Assembly (NCBI GenBank): GCA_900088475.1
Contig: FLMG01002958.1
Location: 1 to 44,048, forward strand
DNA length: 44,048 nucleotides
Source: Hyphochytrium catenoides
Taxonomy: Eukaryota; Protista; Hyphochytriomycota
Reading direction: 5' to 3'
Within the stretch, counting starts at the first letter, position 1. Each line of letters begins with the position of its first letter. Position numbers and translations under genes: made by a program. Under the pieces are notes generated by a model. That model did not search any database. It was not told where the DNA came from and was given only the letters and a program-made list of their open reading frames with translations. Of this stretch, positions 42,393 to 44,048 are shown piece after piece.

Positions 42393-43038
42393 TAACCTTG
42401 ATGTGGGAGATGATGCCCCCACTAGAAGAAAGGAGTACCTTGACCCGATCAGCTCGAAGGAGAAGATATACATCGCGGAACCGTAAGGAATGCGGATTTT
42501 TTTTGAGGAGTGCCTCGGGACTGGAGGCGCACGATGACGTCTTCTATTCGAGGTCTTTAACATAGTAGCTACAGTCTAAAACGCGACGTAAGAGCCTTGC
42601 AAAGAAAGGCAAGACACACCTTTGGTCATGCTGTGCAATTTCACCCTTCTTCTTAACTCATCGATCTCACGAAGAGTGGCGTAGTAGAGGTGGTGATGGC
42701 ATCAGCTTGAGATACGCGGGCCCTTTCCGCCAAATTGGTAGACGGTGGTCTTCTTACTCCCTGTAAGGTCGACAATCTCCTCTTCTACTGTCAGCAACTA
42801 AGATGTAGAGCGCGACTGTAATAAGCTAGTTGTTGCAGGAGTATTGTTGCGAGACATTCCTTTCTTCAGAGAAAGAATCCGTGTGCCCATCCATGAGGTT
42901 GAGAAGAAGTCAGGCTCACGTCCTCGAGAACGCTTGATGAGGAAGGATAGCGACTAGTGAGGAGACCATGTAGAACTTCTTTAGAAGTTTGTCCATCTTC
43001 ACGTTTTACCTTGTCCTAGCTAAATAACTGTTACTGGC

Positions 43039-44048
43039 TTAGTGGTGTTGACACTCGCCAAGAGCGATGACTGTTGGATAGATGGCGTGGAAGTACGTGT
43101 TATTCATTGCCTTTGCTAGATTGCAGAAATACTCCTCCGAGCTGACCCTGTCCAGGTGAGGCTTGGCGACCTTATGCCACAGATGAAGAGCATACTGCTT
43201 GGCGGCCAGATCGATAATGACACGGTCAGGGTTAAAAATGTCACTATTCACCTCGGAGTAAAATGGACGAAAGAAGGCAGACATTGGAACCATGACAATC
43301 TCTGTTGGAATCTCCTCCGCCAGCCATCTAGGTACGAGGATGGAGTGCTCTGCCCATTGAGAGTCATTGAAGGTCTCATAGCGTTGATACCATTTCTGCA
43401 GAAAAGTGGCGTTCCGAGTGGAGATCAAAATAGCGTTGCCTAAGCCTGCATGTTGCTCCATACCCATTACCATAGGGAACTGCATCAGCCGGTCAAGGGG
43501 TCGCAGCAGGATCACGTCCGTATCTAAATAGATTCCGCCCTCCGCCATCAGTGCCTCTAATCTGATGATATCCGCCTTATGTGCAACCACGTTCACGGGA
43601 TTGCCAAAAATATCATGTACATCTCGCTCCTGAACCACGCGGAAACCCTCCATTGCGACGAGGCGCTGCCAGTTCCTTCCGGCGGTGGCTTGCAGATACT
43701 GAGGGTCCGCGCCAACTACATGGAGAATTACCTTCTCAGGCCTCTGAACCATCACTGCTGACATTATGTTGAGGAAGACCCAATAGGGCAGGTCCTTCAT
43801 TCCTGATGGCCAGATAAACACGTAGTGGATTATGTTGGGGACCAAGAGAGCCCGCCTAGGGATATTTTGGCTGCCCTTCTCTCGTTCACTAGAAGAAAGC
43901 AGCCCGGATAACTCTGACGCGGCAGCATTGAAGGTATCAAAGTACATAGCAGCGGCTGAAGAGGTGTGCAAGAGAGGGGCCAGCGTCGTCCAGGCGATAA
44001 TTATGAATGTGATGGTGAAAGTAAGAACGAACAGAAGGAGGCGCCGTC
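43039..44048 (-). CDS. Glycosyltransferase family 32 (DXD sugar-binding motif), type II membrane protein; 5' end lies outside the window
   Basis: VPNIIHYVF, HKADIIRLEALMAEGGIYLDTDV, W..HS, HLW. The frame stays open upstream of 43971 to the window edge and encodes the anchor RRLLLFVLTFTITFIIIAW. Confidence 0.92.
   Translation of the reverse strand, partial: RRLLLFVLTFTITFIIIAWTTLAPLLHTSSAAAMYFDTFNAAASELSGLLSSSEREKGSQNIPRRALLVPNIIHYVFIWPSGMKDLPYWVFLNIMSAVMVQRPEKVILHVVGADPQYLQATAGRNWQRLVAMEGFRVVQERDVHDIFGNPVNVVAHKADIIRLEALMAEGGIYLDTDVILLRPLDRLMQFPMVMGMEQHAGLGNAILISTRNATFLQKWYQRYETFNDSQWAEHSILVPRWLAEEIPTEIVMVPMSAFFRPFYSEVNSDIFNPDRVIIDLAAKQYALHLWHKVAKPHLDRVSSEEYFCNLAKAMNNTYFHAIYPTVIALGECQHH

Noticed and set aside
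39079-44048. Metallothionein + PARG + GT32 as a functional cluster or defence system
   Set aside because: Mixed orientation, kb-scale spacing, no shared pathway and no shared regulatory motif seen. Adjacency in a eukaryote is weak evidence without conserved synteny or co-expression.

Overview
Eukaryotic nuclear DNA from a draft assembly (three N gaps), about 50% GC, with short GT-AG spliceosomal introns and frequent CTRAC-like branch points. A stramenopile, probably an ochrophyte alga, is inferred from a single-PAS bHLH-PAS gene and the APAREL variant of Prp5 motif Ia. The first ~31.7 kb hold intron-dense genes that I reconstructed by hand because the ORF track fragments them: a claudin-like tetraspan protein, a stand-alone PA-domain protein, NOP58, DDX46/PRP5, a frameshifted multi-pass membrane gene, a DECR2/bacterial-type SDR, exportin-6 and bHLH-PAS. 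The last ~12 kb hold genes with uninterrupted coding regions (non-RD CAMK-like kinase with a mitochondrial-type N-terminus, a 19-Cys metallothionein-like peptide, a bacterial-type PARG, a GT32 glycosyltransferase) separated by decayed ORFs. I found no rRNA, tRNA, CRISPR array or intact transposon, and I cannot support a coherent novel multi-gene system. The best leads are single-gene oddities. All homology calls are from recalled family motifs, not from searches.
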